From positions 1,249,536 to 1,301,100 of the forward strand of contig BFEA01000027.1 of the NCBI GenBank assembly GCA_003427395.1: a DNA stretch of 51,565 nt, given 5' to 3'. A program made the translations under genes and the position numbers. This DNA comes from Chara braunii (lineage: Eukaryota > Plantae > Charophyceae). This document shows, in pieces, positions 37,342 through 50,968 of this stretch (within the stretch, counting starts at the first letter, position 1; every line of letters starts with the position of its first letter). Under the pieces are notes generated by a model. It was not told where the DNA came from. It did no database searches and saw only the letters and a list, made by a program, of their open reading frames with translations.

Positions 37342-37976
37342 AATCAGTAAAATAATGTAAACGTATTTAAGCAAATTTCATTCACAACAAAAAAACAGCG
37401 GATATAATGAAAAAAAAATCACTACAAGAAACAAATAAATTTCCACGACGGAATGAATACGGACAGCGGAAGCAAACGTTGCAACAGAATACGAACGTTT
37501 TTTTAAGCGAAGTACGGAGGAAATACGGTGAGAGGTTATATATGCGCAGCAATCGAGTTTCGCGACGACATCGACTATTGAGGACAAGTAATGTGACGAA
37601 GGTGTGATGAGGAGGAGGAATTATGGGAGGGATAGAGGTTGAAGGATAGGAAGTATTTGGACCAGGAGGGTATAAGTATGTTCATACTAATGGTTGTGAT
37701 GATTTCTTGAGCAGTGAGGTAGAAGGGTAATCGCGACTGGGTAGTCGCATGCCATGGACATGACGTGTATACTGTGAAAGTAAAAGCTCGCACGTGTTAT
37801 CCAGATATTGCAAGTGTGTATCTCTTTCTCTCTCTGACCCAAGTAGGATACGTGACTGTCATCATTGCATACAAACCGTAAATTATATCGAGATAACGAT
37901 ATGATTGTGCATTTTTCTCACCTAATGGTGATAGTGTTCGTTTTTTTTTTTTATATAGTTTTTTTTCCATATATTT

Positions 37977-39274
37977 CTAGGCTACCAGTTGGGCCGCCCA
38001 GGTCCTGGGTGACCAGCCCGTGCAAGGACAAGGGAAGGACCCGACAGGACAAAAAAAAAAAAAAAAAAAAAAAAACAACTACGTTATGTAGAATAATAAA
38101 CTGAACAACTTTTGTCTCAGGATCACATTGATATTTTTTACGGAATTTAAAATATAAAATCAGGGTTACCTGACCGAACGTTCCCCGGGCTCGCCCCCGA
38201 ACGTTCGGGCGTTCGGGGTCCCGTTCGGGGGCCGAATACCTCCAGGTTCGGCCCCCGCCAAAAAAAATTTGAGTCCTAAAAATAAGTTTTTTTTTTTAAT
38301 TCTCTATGATGTAACCTACACGCCTATAAAGTTTGAAGCCATTCTGCTAAGCCCAAAAAACATTAACAATCGTCAAAGATGGGGGTGTCAAAACGTGCTC
38401 GCCCACTCATTATTTTGTTTTTTTTAACTTTTAACTTTTTGTTTTCACTTTATTTCGGGGGCTAAACAATTTTATTATTTTTTGAAAACTTTTTAATGAG
38501 TTATTGATTATGTAAACTAAATATCTGTAAATTTTCAGGACATTTGTCAATGCCAAAACATAATTAAAAATCGGCAAAGATGGCGGTGTCGAAAAGGTGC
38601 TGGCACACTCACTCATTTTAATTCTCTTTTTATTTTTTCTTATTTTTATCATAGTGTTTATTTTCTGTATTGGATTTTCAATTCAAATTTGGTAAAGAAT
38701 TTGGATGTAGTGTCCAGGCAAATGTTGTTTAGTTTATGTTTCTTCATAACATAGTTGTTTTTCAGAATTTTTTTTCAATAGTTTTTTTTTTTTTTTTTTT
38801 TTTCATCCGCGTTCAGCCCGAATGGCAGAACTCCTCCCGAAGGGGTCCCGTACGTTCGGGCATTCGAGTTCGGGCGTTCGGCCCGTCCCGAACGCCGGTA
38901 ACCCTGTATAAAATAAAATTGTTTTTTTTTCAAGGCTACCAGCCGGGCCGCCCGGATCACCCTATTTTCCCGAGTAGCTCGGCTATGCAAGGATCAGGGA
39001 AGGACCCAGCCCCCCCCGCCAAAAAAAAAAAAAAACGAGAAAAAACTATGTTATGCAGAAGAATAAGCTGAACAAATTTTGCCTTAGGGTCACATCGAAA
39101 GTTTTTACCAAATTCAAAATAAAATTTTAAATAAAAAAAATACATTTTATTTTGTTTATTTTGATTTTTTTTTTGCCTGTTCGGGCAAGCGGACCTGGGT
39201 TATTTTGGTAACCAAGTTTTTTTTTTTTCTTTGCCCGGTCGGAAAAGTAGCCCCAGACCACTCTGGTAGCCTAG
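37977..39274. mobile_element. Non-autonomous DNA transposon, TIR CTAGGCTACCAG, 8-bp TSD
   Basis: ctaggctaccag...ctggtagcctag with ATATATTT at 37969-37976 and 39275-39282. Internal second left end at ~38934. Confidence 0.75.
38161..38906. mobile_element. hAT-type MITE nested in the previous element
   Basis: TIR CAGGGTTACC/GGTAACCCTG, subterminal CCGAAC/GTTCGG repeats, perfect 8-bp TSD TATAAAAT. Confidence 0.88.
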
Positions 39275-40755
39275 ATATATTTCTAATTTTATTTTTTTGT
39301 TGCCTTTGTATGATTGAAGTGAACTCATGACTTCCTCGATCTTTGACTTGTCTCATTATTTGTCGAGTATTATTTATTAAAAAAATCATTATGTAATAAA
39401 TTAATAAAACTATATTAAAATTATGATTTATTTTTTTTAAAAAAAAAATAATAATAATAATTTTATTAGGGTCGAGTGGCCAAGGCAGAAATAAAATGTA
39501 AAAGATCTGCAGATTCAGGGGTCATAAGATCTCCACACCCGCTTCATCGGGTGGAGTCCTTCCCCTTAAAAAAAAAACACTATCTTTCAAAAGAAAATCT
39601 ACCAAATCCTCGATACCCGCTTTCCAAAAATACCCCAAAACACCGCAACAAAAATTCTAATTAGGGTTTCAATTCATTTACAAAGCGGAAGCAGTACAGA
39701 TGACAAAGGTCAAGGAAGGTTTCTAAAAAATAAACTGAACAACTTTTGCCTCAGGGGAAAATTATACTTTCATCTTTTTCCTACTGAAAAAAAAAATCCT
39801 TAAAAAAATAGGGTTTTTTCTTTTTATTTGAATTATGTAATAGAGATAAAATATAAATTTGGATAAATTTATAAAATATTTTAATTAGAATACCATTTCC
39901 TTTTATAAAGTTTGTATAAAAAAATGATGAATCCAATATAAATTGAAAAAAAAATGTTGTATGAGAAGTAATATTAAATTAAAATATTTCATAAACTCAC
40001 TAAGAAATTTATTATATCTTCAACATAAAATTTAAATTGAAAGATAAAACATTTTCATACAGAAATTGTGAATGTATATTTATATAAAGGAACAAAAAAT
40101 AGTTTAGATAGAAATCTTTAAAATATAATTTTTTTTTCTTACACTTTTGTAGGATTTTTAAATATTTTTTATAGATGATAATTTTTTTCACCCACAATCC
40201 TTCACCTCTCCGCTCTCGCCGATTGTTGGATTATTGCTCTAAATATTCAAGCTCAATATTATACTACTTTGTTATGTTTTGTCACTGAATAATTACATTG
40301 AAATATTAAAAATATATATATATTGAACAACTACATTGAAAAAATAAAAACAACAAAATGAAAGGGGAAACTTGTCGTTTTGTCACATTAATTATTGCTA
40401 ACAAGTTGGAATGTGTAAAGGATAAAATGACACATTGAAAAATTGTCCAATAAGGTGGAAGAGTGAGGCATGATACTAAATAAACAGTTTTTATACCAAG
40501 TTATTTTTTTAAGTTACAGATTGTAATCAACTAGGTGATTTTCAACCGAGGTCACTAGTTGGGCCTCCAGGGTCACCTTTTTCTCTTGGGCGGCCCGGCC
40601 GTACAAGGAATAGGGAACGTAAAAAAAAAAAAAAAAATTAAAAGTTCAAAAACAAATGTTATGCAAAAATTTTAACTGAATTTTTTTTGCTTTAGGGTCA
40701 TATCATAATTATTTACGAAATTTAAATTAAGAATTAAAAATAAATAAAAAAATAA

Positions 40756-40901
40756 TAGGCTACCAGAGTTATCTAGAGCTACTTGCTCGGCCAAACAAAA
40801 TCAAAATAAAAAAAATAAAAATTATTTTTTAGCTTGAATGTGACCCTGTGGCAAACGTTGTTCAATTTATTTTTCTGCATGACATAGTTGTTGTTGTTGT
40901 T

Positions 40902-40957
<56 letters not shown>

Positions 40958-41108
40958 CACGATGACCTTCTCTGGTCTTTACACGACTCGGGCGTAAGGG
41001 AAAATTTGATGATTTGGACGACCCGGTTGATAGCCTAATTTTTATATTATTTTTAATGTGTTTTTGGCCCGACAAAGCAAGTGGTCTCGGGTTACACTGG
41101 TAGCCTAG
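40756..41108. mobile_element. Another TAGGCTACCAG-TIR element; a degenerate left-end copy lies at ~40550-40740
   Basis: taggctaccag...ctggtagcctag plus a shared internal motif (aactgaacaa..ttttg...gg.tcacat), here inverted. Confidence 0.6.
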
Positions 41109-44100
41109 TTATTAAACAAGTTAAAAGATAAACTTGAATATTTATTTAAATTTATATCAATAAAAAACTACACGACATAACTTTTGGAGACTTAAACAAA
41201 TTGATATAAAAAATAATTAGTTTACTCTACAATTTATAAACTTATATTTATGTTAGTTGCAATGGATACATAATTATATAAAGTTAGTTTATTTCATTTT
41301 GTAACTCATGTATATTGAATATTATTTTTTTTTAATAATTTGGTTATGTATAACTTAGAGTCGATTATAAGTCATAATGTTGAAAATAGTTAAAATTATA
41401 TCTTCGTGGGAGGGTTTGGTAAGTCTATCATGATGTTATTAACAAGGTTAATTTTTTTAATTGATAATTTTTCTCATCTTTGAGTTCCTCCTTTGTTTTT
41501 GAATAATAAAAAGTTAATTTTTTTGTTGATCATTGAAAATATAATTTAATTTATGTCTAGTTGTTTATATTATAGCAGGATTATCTTGTGTTATATGTTT
41601 CGAGTCTACTTAGTTCAAGCTGCACTGTAATATTTCAAAACTTTTCCTCAATACTCTCACGACAGTAAAACAAAATATTGAAAGTTTTCGTAATCACTAC
41701 ATACTCATATGAACCATTAAAAGATATAACGAGAAAATTAAATAGCACCGACGTTTTTTGTGTCAATAATGATATCCTTACAGGTCATGGTTAGAGGAAA
41801 GTCTGCCCTCGATTGACATTTTGTAAATCCCCCCCACCTGGTACTAGTCACATCATAACTCACATTTATATTTGTTAATGATCTAAGTGTTGTTTAAAGT
41901 TGTCTTAGGGAGTCTATAAACTTTAAAGGCGACAATCCGTTTGTTTGTAGTAGTGATAAATATCGTAGTTGATTGGGGAACGAAAACAAAATGGTGGTGG
42001 ATGCACCCGCGAGATGCACCTTTACATAAACAACCACCACTGAACTGGAGACCAAAAGAAGAGGCCATGAGGATGTTGCGGACTAAACTCACATCATTGG
42101 GCCGACTTAAGGATCATGGTATCAAACATTTGGAGTATAGTAAAATAAAAAGTCCTACATACCTTTGTGGTCGGATAAATTTTAGTAATTAATAGTGCAG
42201 GGTTAGCAAAAGTGTGGTACAAAACATCCTTCAAGCTAATACATAAATATCATTTGGCTAAAAAACTTAAGAGAATCAAAAGAAGAGGTCATGAAGGTGT
42301 TGGACATTAGACTCGTAGATTTAGGTCGCATAAAAATAATGGGAAAAAACGTGTGAAACATAGCAAATTAAAAATTATACATACCTCATTCGTTAGATGA
42401 GTTTTCGCGATTAACAAAATAATGTTAGCAACAGTGTGGGAGAAAACAACTTTTAGACTAATATCTAAGCACCAGCTAATTAGGCTTTAGGAAGTCATCT
42501 CAACATACTTGTATAAAAATGACCATGAAGACAAAAAATGCCTTAACTACCACTTCCACTGAGCCTTTTTTCGTCGAGGCAAAAGATAATTATGAACCAA
42601 GTTTTATCGAAGCGCGAACATTTTTTTTTTTTTTTTTTTTTTTTTAGCGCTGCCAACTATTATGGTCCAATAACACTAAATCATATAAAAGAAACAAAAT
42701 ATTACGTTTTTTATTTTATTGTCGACAAAATGTAATGGTAACTTAAAAGGGTGTGATAAAAGTAAGTGATTGAACCAAAATAAGTGGGAGAATATGTTGA
42801 ACATAAGAGTACTTTCACTGCGATAAGCGGTAGCATGTAGAGTGTTTTGTATGGGGAAGGTGAAGTTAGAGTGGTGGATCATGTGGGAAGGGGGGGTGTA
42901 GGAGCCGAGAGAGGGACGAGGTGGAAGTGCAAGTTGAGGTTGGTATTGTGATAGAGAAGATTGGGGTTTCAATGAAGGTATAAGGGTCAATGGTGACAAT
43001 CAAAAGTATATGATATTGCATCTTGAGGTTCGCACTGTGACAGGGAAGAGAAAGGCTCCAATTGAGGGACTGGGATTGATGATGGCAATTCAGGTGGGGT
43101 TGGCAACTCAAACACTTCATCTTCAAAGTGCTCTGATAAAGAAGGCAGGAATTGAGACCGTAGGTTCAGTGGTGCAAAGGGTTCCTACGACTATGAAGGT
43201 TTGCACCTTTTGCATATCCAAATATGTTGTCTATGTACTATAAAACTCATTATTGCTTTAGAGATATTCATTGAGAGTGGGATGAAGAAGCATTCAATTG
43301 GCCTTATGGACCATTGTTCGTAAATCTTCTAATTTTTTAATGTAAGTTTCCCTCCATCAATCTCAAATATTGTTTCACGGGGTTTATCCAAAGGTCCCTA
43401 AACCCTTGTATTGCTTGCTTTCTTCCTTTTGGTACTCCATTGTTGTAGATCTTGCGGTAACCTCTTTGTTGTTGGAAATTGAACGGTTTCTATCTCACCA
43501 AATCATCATGAGGATGATTAGTCTGATTGTTTTGAAGAGATTGAGATGAAATGATGTCCATTGTGGTAGGAAATCCTTATATCAAAAAGTGGTGTCACTT
43601 TGCACTCCACCATCACCATAAATAAAGGGTTGTTGGACACTCCAAGAGGCAGTGTTTCCCTGTGACAATTATCGTTTTAGAGGAGTGACAATAGTATGAG
43701 CAAATTGGTAATATTTTCCTCGTTCCAGTTGTGATTTAGATACGTGCATATGAAAGGTCTACCAGTTCCTCTTTCCCAAACTATGAGTCTCTAACTTATC
43801 TCTTTATTTTTATCGGTTTTAATGAATTTATTTTGTGGCACTGCATGTACCCATCTTTTATTGTGTATTGGTATTGAGAGATGCAAATGTACATTTCGCT
43901 TTCACTCCTCTCGATCAAATGGTAGGGCACATATCGAGGTTGCTATTCCTCCTCCTCACTACCCACTATTCTTAACTATTAGAAAACCTTCAAAGGGTGT
44001 ATTGTAATCGAGTTGCTTAGTTAGTTTTAGAGATGTCCACCTTCCGTTTTAGAAATCCGATTGATATGCGCATTGTTTGACCCACTATGTGAAGACTTGT

Positions 44101-44547
44101 ATCTTTAAGATTGTAATGATCATTTGCCATGTTGTTGCTTCAACCACCTAGTTCTCTTATAAAACTTGAAGGTGCGACCTCAACCTCTCTTCAAGTCTGT
44201 CTCCCAACTTAATAGGGTTACCTCCGTTATTCATATCAATTGTGTTTTATGTTTCTGATATTTTCAAGTGATGTTATAAGTTGTGTTGTTATTCTCAAAA
44301 TAGTTTATTGAATAACCTATCCCTTTTGAAAGAAACTCATTTTTCTACCGTGATAGCCAATGCGATTTTATTTGTAAAATAAATATTTAACTGTTTTCAT
44401 AAAAGATTTAGGATATTCCAAATATCGATTTCCTCCAAACCGCCTCCGATTTAGTATGCATATGACATTTTGTTTGTCTTATTTCCCTCCACATGGGAGA
44501 TAAGGTTAACAACAGTCGTATTTTTCATCACCACTTTATGATTCAAC

Positions 44548-44902
44548 CTGCCTAAACAGGTGGTTTTCAGAGTCTTCGGACCTTTCACCACTTCAGTATC
44601 ATTCAAGTCGGAAAATCCTGAATGGTCTTAAAGTGGTGAAAGCTCCGAAGACCCTAAAAACCACCTGTTTAGGCAGACTGCATCCTCAAGTGGTGAAGGG
44701 TGGTTTTCATGGTCTTCGGACCTTTCGCCACTTCATGACCATTCAGGATTTTCAAATTGCCAAAAACTCTCACTTGACCACTTCAGAACACCCTTCACTA
44801 CTTCAAGATGCAGCCTGTCTAAACAGGTGGTTTTCATGGTTTTCGGACCTTTCACCATTTCAGGACCATTCAGGATTTTCATACTGCCCAAAACTCTCAC
44901 TT
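44548..44902. repeat. 129-bp palindrome (44548-44676) followed by two direct copies of its arm
   Basis: ctgcctaaacaggtggtttt...aaaaccacctgtttaggcag; arm repeats at ~44699 and ~44815. Confidence 0.8.
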
Positions 44903-46563
44903 CATAATTTTTATTTATGAATTTTCAGCTACCCGATAACCGTCTGTGCCACATGGCTATAAGGTTTGCCCAAAGCGGATTCCATTTGGAAATCCCATTT
45001 CACTAGGCTTGTCATGTTTCCATCTCTTTGTGATTTCAGTGACCCTTAAACAGTATAGAGAGTGTTCCTAAACCATGATAGAGAATTAACTTTATTATGG
45101 TGTGATGATGGTGGGGCCAAATTATCAAATTGAATATAGACCAAGGAAAGTCACAGGATGTCAGTCGCCAATATCAGAAAGTCGAGCGAAATGAAGAATT
45201 GCTTAGAGGTTGTCAATCGTACTCACAATATAACTATATTTGTAATTTAAAAGAACACATAGCAATGACGACGACTTATGACGGACCAAAGCTATGTTGA
45301 TTTTGCATTGTGCACTTTTGACATTAGATGATGTTGATCGATGGTCAAGAACCGAAAATCTAGGTAAGTTGGTAGCTCCTCGACTTGAAACCGAGGTGCT
45401 GCAATTGTTTGGTTTGGTTGCCTTGTTTTGTCTTTTGCTTCAGCTTAGGGGCTTGTTCCACACCACTTGAAGACCTTTGAGTTTCAAGGGTGTAGCGTTC
45501 CACAACACCCTACTCTTGCGAGAGACATTTAACGGATACCCTAATTTCCAGACAACTTATCACACCATTTATAACGAAATTCAAGGCTCATTTTAACCAA
45601 CCTTGCCACCAAGTCATAGAGTAGAGACCATAGTTACTAACTGCAAAAAAAAAAAAAAAAAAAAAAAAAAAANAAAAAAAAAAAAAAAAAAACCTCTATA
45701 AAACCGCAAGGCAATGTGCACTTTCATGCAAATTTCGCTAACGTTCAGTTTCATAAAATCTTAAAAAAATTCAAAAATCTTAGCAGAGGAAATTCCAATG
45801 CTCCAAATGAGACCAAATTTAGTACACAACAACCTTGAACCAAAACAAAAATAGGCATTAAAAAAAAAAAAAAAAAAAAACCATAAAATTTGCCCATCCA
45901 AGGGTCCAAAACCTAATTTAAATTTTGGACCTGTTAGTCAGGGGCTAAAATTGGGGGTCCCCGTTAACCACGTGCGACTCTCGTTTGGGACTGTTATCTT
46001 TCATACGTCGGCCAACCCTCGAAACTTAAGGGCGTACAGGGCATTTGGGCTTTTGAACTCGAGGGATAAAACTTGTCATGTTGTTCACCAACTAGACAGT
46101 TGGTGCCCCGTGATCCTCACCAAACGCACATGGGATCGCCACGCAACTCACAAAAATAACTCATTCTTCACGTGTAGCCATTTCAAAGGCGAAGTGGAAC
46201 GGAAACATGAGTTAGGAAAAATTCAACCACTGGTACCTTTCCCAACTATTAATGCTTCCAACTTCTTATAGTGGCCTGCACAAGACACTAGTGGTATGCT
46301 CTCCCGACATGCACCGGTAAGAACCTCCAACAAACTGGTGGCTTAGGATTTTTTGAGTCAACTCTGGCTACAGTTGTCGTCACATGCCTTGGGGCACATA
46401 GCAATTCTGGCCAAATATATTGAGGGAAGTGTTAGCTCGCAGCCCTAAGGCCGAGGTATAATGGATTGTTGCGTTTGTGTCAAGGTGGCGTGGCGGGTGA
46501 CCACTCTAAATAGGGTAGTAACCGGGGTGGAAGTTGTGTGAGGACCGGTCGTTCACATTTTTG

Positions 46564-46653
<90 letters not shown>

Positions 46654-47969
46654 CGCCAGGTTTCCCTGGGGTGGTTTTGCAAGTATTTGCTGGTGAATAT
46701 GGCCCAGAAATTATTTGTGATTCAGAATAAAGAAGTGCAAAGGCAGGCCTACTTGGTTGAGGTGTGTCAGCCGAAAGAACAAATGCCCCTGGCTACGGCT
46801 CAAAATTTTTGCAAGATTCCTTCTGGTCGTTCATGTGCAACAACTGCCCAACCCCCTAAATTTGCCCGCACAACAATTTACCACCCTTCCAACAACCAGC
46901 ATTGGGCTGAACGACCAGCATAACGAACGACGAAAAACGTTTCAAGGATTGACTTACCGTGAGGGCACGGGTACGCATCCCGTAGTTCGTTTGTTTATGT
47001 GGTTCGAGAAGGGTAAGGTAGTGATTATGTTGTATGTATGTTTTGTCATGTTCGCTATACACAATTCGAAGAGACTGTGTGTGGGGGGTCCCGGTTGGTG
47101 TGCTTTATTCACGATGTTCATGAGACGCTGGACCCAGTTTTCAGCAGGTGGCGCTCCCCATCAATAAACAGGAGAATGTANNNNNNNNNNNNNNNNNNNN
47201 NNNNNNNNNNNNNNNNNNNNNNNNNNNNNNNNNNNNNNNNNNNNNNNNNNNNNNNNNNNNNNNNNNNNNNNNNNNNNNNNNNNNNNNNNNNNNNNNNNNN
47301 NNNNNNNNNNNNNNNNNNNNNNNNNNNNNNNNNNNNNNNNNNNNNNNNNNNNNNNNNNNNNNNNNNNNNNNNNNNNNNNNNNNNNNNNNNNNNNNNNNNN
47401 NNNNNNNNNNNNNNNNNNNNNNNNNNNNNNNNNNNNNNNNNNNNNNNNNNNNNNNNNNNNNNNNNNNNNNNNNNNNNNNNNNNNNNNNNNNNNNNNNNNN
47501 NNNNNNNNNNNNNNNNNNNNNNNNNNNNNNNNNNNNNNNNNNNNNNNNNNNNNNNNNNNNNNNNNNNNNNNNNNNNNNNNNNNNNNNNNNNNNNNNNNNN
47601 NNNNNNNNNNNNNNNNNNNNNNNNNNNNNNNNNNNNNNNNNNNNNNNNNNNNNNNNNNNNNNNNNNNNNNNNNNNNNNNNNNNNNNNNNNNNNNNNNNNN
47701 NNNNNNNNNNNNNNNNNNNNNNNNNNNNNNNNNNNNNNNNNNNNNNNNNNNNNNNNNNNNNNNNNNNNNNNNNNNNNNNNNNNNNNNNNNNNNNNNNNNN
47801 NNNNNNNNNNNNNNNNNNNNNNNNNNNNNNNNNNNNNNNNNNNNNNNNNNNNNNNNNNNNNNNNNNNNNNNNNNNNNNNNNNNNNNNNNNNNNNNNNNNN
47901 NNNNNNNNNNNNNNNNNNNNNNNNNNNNNNNNNNNNNNNNNNNNNNNNNNNNNNNNNNNNNNNNNNNNN

Positions 47970-48038
<69 letters not shown>

Positions 48039-48269
48039 GGCGCGACGCCACTTTGTCAAAATGCCTCGATCGATAAGGTTCCACACTCCCCCCCCACACA
48101 GGGAGACTATCACTTTGTGAACACAGAGGGATCGGGAGTGGCCGCCGCTGCTTTTGGACTATTTGGATTTCGACCACGACAGACTTCGAATTCAAACCAC
48201 CAGACGTTAGAAATTTGGGGGACCGGCAGCACAAGTCCATGAGGGCTACCAGTAGCACAGAGTGGAGAA

Positions 48270-48690
48270 TCGGCAGAGTGGTGAATATGGAAAATGGGAT
48301 GAATTTGCGCTATAGGCTATTTCGCGGTCGAGACAATTGTTTTGATTTTTTTAAATATTTTTCCTGAAAAGATCATGACCAAATCTACGGGCCCTCAAAT
48401 TTTCAGACTTGTGTACGAGTTCTTCTGAGCGTGAAAAATCTTTAAAATAGGGGTACTTTTCCCCTTGGCCCACAAGTTGTTATGTGCCAAAAATAAAAAA
48501 AGTGACGAATTGGCGCGACATTTATTTCATGGTTTAAACGATTTTATTTTATTTTGTTGATATTTTTCCTGGAAAGATCACGACCTGGCCTACCCGATAT
48601 CGAATTTTCAGATCTTTTCTCCAATTATTCTGCGTACGAAAAATCGCCAAAGTTGACGCTAAAAAATTGCAAGATTGGATCCGCCTGCGC
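48270..48690. repeat. (AG)n-associated repeat family, diverged copy 3
   Basis: Shares aaagatca...caaattttcag...gagcgtgaaaa...aaaatcgccaaagttg with 70-450. Confidence 0.7.
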
Positions 48691-48782
48691 CTTCCAGTCG
48701 GCGCCACCCCTAAAAACCCGCCCTAACTCACCACAGGGCTTGCGTCCATGCCGTTTCAGATTCGAAATTTCAAGGCCCTAAT

Positions 48783-49555
48783 GCCACGGGCAGCTACCGG
48801 TCCTGCACTTCCTTGAACTACCTATTTCCCACGAATTGGACCCCCAGCAAATACACCACCCTTCCAACTACCGCATCTTTTGGTGACGACGACGAAAAAT
48901 GTTCCCAGGGCATAAAAAACGCAATGTTCCTAGGGGGGAAAACGCAACCCTGACGGGCTGCGAACAACCGCATCCCTACGCGAATTCTTATAGGTTATTT
49001 CCCTTGTCGTGAGTCTTTCCCATGCCCTGCAACAGCAGGGTCATGGGCCTGCAATGGCGGTGTTGTGGTGCCTCCTCTCTGCCCTTCACCACTTTTGGTG
49101 AGTGAATTCGAATAAAACGTGTATGTTTTCTATTCGAGGAACTCTGCTATTCGAGGAAGGTGGACCCGCACCGTTTCAATTTCGAAAAAGGACTGCNGCC
49201 TCCTCGGCCTCCTACGTGCAGCTACCGGTCCTACGCGGTCCTGGACCAAAACCCGTGCGGTCCCACGGGCAGCTACCGGTCCGGCAGTTTCAAATAAGAT
49301 GCCACCACCCCCTAAACTGCCATCCCTTGTTTTTCCAGCCTTCCAACGACCGTATAACAAAACGACAACGACAAATGTTCTCAGGGGCATAAAACGCACC
49401 CCGTCAGGGGTGCGAATACAACTGCATCCCTACGCGAATTCTTATAGGTTCTTTCCCTTGTCGTGAGTCTTTCCCATGCCCTGCAACAGCAGGGTTATGG
49501 GCCTGCAATGGCGGTGTTGTGGTGCCTCCTCTCTGCCCTCCACCACTTTTGGTGA
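48783..49555. repeat. ~480-bp-period diverged tandem duplication
   Basis: ccacgggcagctaccggtcc...catccctacgcgaattcttatagg...ccacttttggtgag at 48783-49102 and 49262-49556; related sequence at ~46840-46990. Confidence 0.8.
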
Positions 49556-49721
49556 GCGACTCACAGTCCCGGCCGGTCCCAGAAGCCCGGGTTTGTCTTG
49601 TAGCACCCACTGGGGACTGGGGACTGGGGACTGGGGACTGGGGAATGCTCAAACTGTGGTGATTGGTGGAGCCTTTTGGTGAGCAAACAGTCGTGTAGTG
49701 AGTACTCACCACGGGACCACG

Positions 49722-49818
49722 GGGCTAGGTCCCACTTACACGAATTAAGAGATATTGACCGTAGATAGCATAGATCAACGGTCAGAATCTCGTAATCCGT
49801 GCAAGTGGGACCTTGCCC
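49722..49818. mobile_element. ~97-bp hairpin MITE, copy 2
   Basis: gggctaggtcccactt...gatcaacggtc...aagtgggaccttgccc. Confidence 0.7.
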
Positions 49819-50566
49819 CGGGAAATCGAGGTTACAGTAGAGACTGGTGAAGCGCGGGCCTTAGAGCATACGCACAAGAGCACTATCTTACACGTATGTG
49901 ATCGGTTTGCCGTCCCGTGGCGGATGTCTGTGGACGGAATCACGTCCAGAAGTAAGTAGAATGTCGTATAGTATGAGTATGCGCTTATTGTCAATCAAAG
50001 ACGTGTGAGTACGTACCCTTCTTGTCAATCAAAAACTAACTTCTTCTTCTACTTGCTCTAGGGAGTGAGAGCAAGGCGGGCGTGATCTCGAAATTGCCGA
50101 AAGAGGGACGGAAGGGGGAATTGTGTGTGCTTGGAGCAGAGTAGAGTAGCGGGGGGGAGGAACGGATAGGTGGTTTTTAGCAGAATCGAGGGCGCGCGCG
50201 CGCGAGCGCGAATTCGCACCCACGAATGCACACACATGACACACAGACAAAGTTCAACCTCATGCGCGCGCGCGCGAGCGCGAATTCGCACACACGAATG
50301 CACACACATAATAGAGAGACAAGTTCACACGTCATGCGCACAAAGAATGGACACACGAGTTCGATCTCCTGATGCGTCGGTGAAAGTCCGACGAAACAGT
50401 TTGTCACGTGACAATCACCCACTTTTTCTGCTGGAGTTGTATTGAGCGAATACACGACAGAGAGAGATCGATAGTCGAATAGATAAGATAGATATACAGA
50501 CAGACAGACAGGTAATAGATAGTCATAGATAGGTATTGAGAAGAGCGAGCGAGCGAGAGCGCGCGC

Positions 50567-50649
<83 letters not shown>

Positions 50650-50968
50650 CATGGAAAGGGTGTTGGAAGGTGGCAGTAGTGGTATTCGAGAAGTTGTAGA
50701 GGGGAGAGAGCAGCATAGCGTGGAGGACTGGTCGTCCAACAGAGTTGAGGACTGGTCATCAACGAGAGTGGAGGACTGGTCGTCCGCTCATTATCAGCTG
50801 ATGGTCAAAGCAGCGTGGGGTTAACCGATGATTGCAGATCGTCTGTGGTACTGACGAGACCAGTACAGGTTTTCTGTTTTTATGTGTCTTTTCCAACGTA
50901 AAACGATTTGTGGGAAATTAGAATTACTTGCAAGGAGATAGTAGTTTTTTTTCGTCGTCGTTTTTGCG

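Noticed and set aside
37420-37431. CACTA TIR (CACTACAAGAAA)
   Set aside because: No matching downstream inverted end or TSD found by eye.
42676-44500. Possible decayed transposase or zinc-finger relic on the minus strand
   Set aside because: Coding-like texture only; I could not reconstruct any diagnostic motif. Needs TBLASTN against TE proteins.
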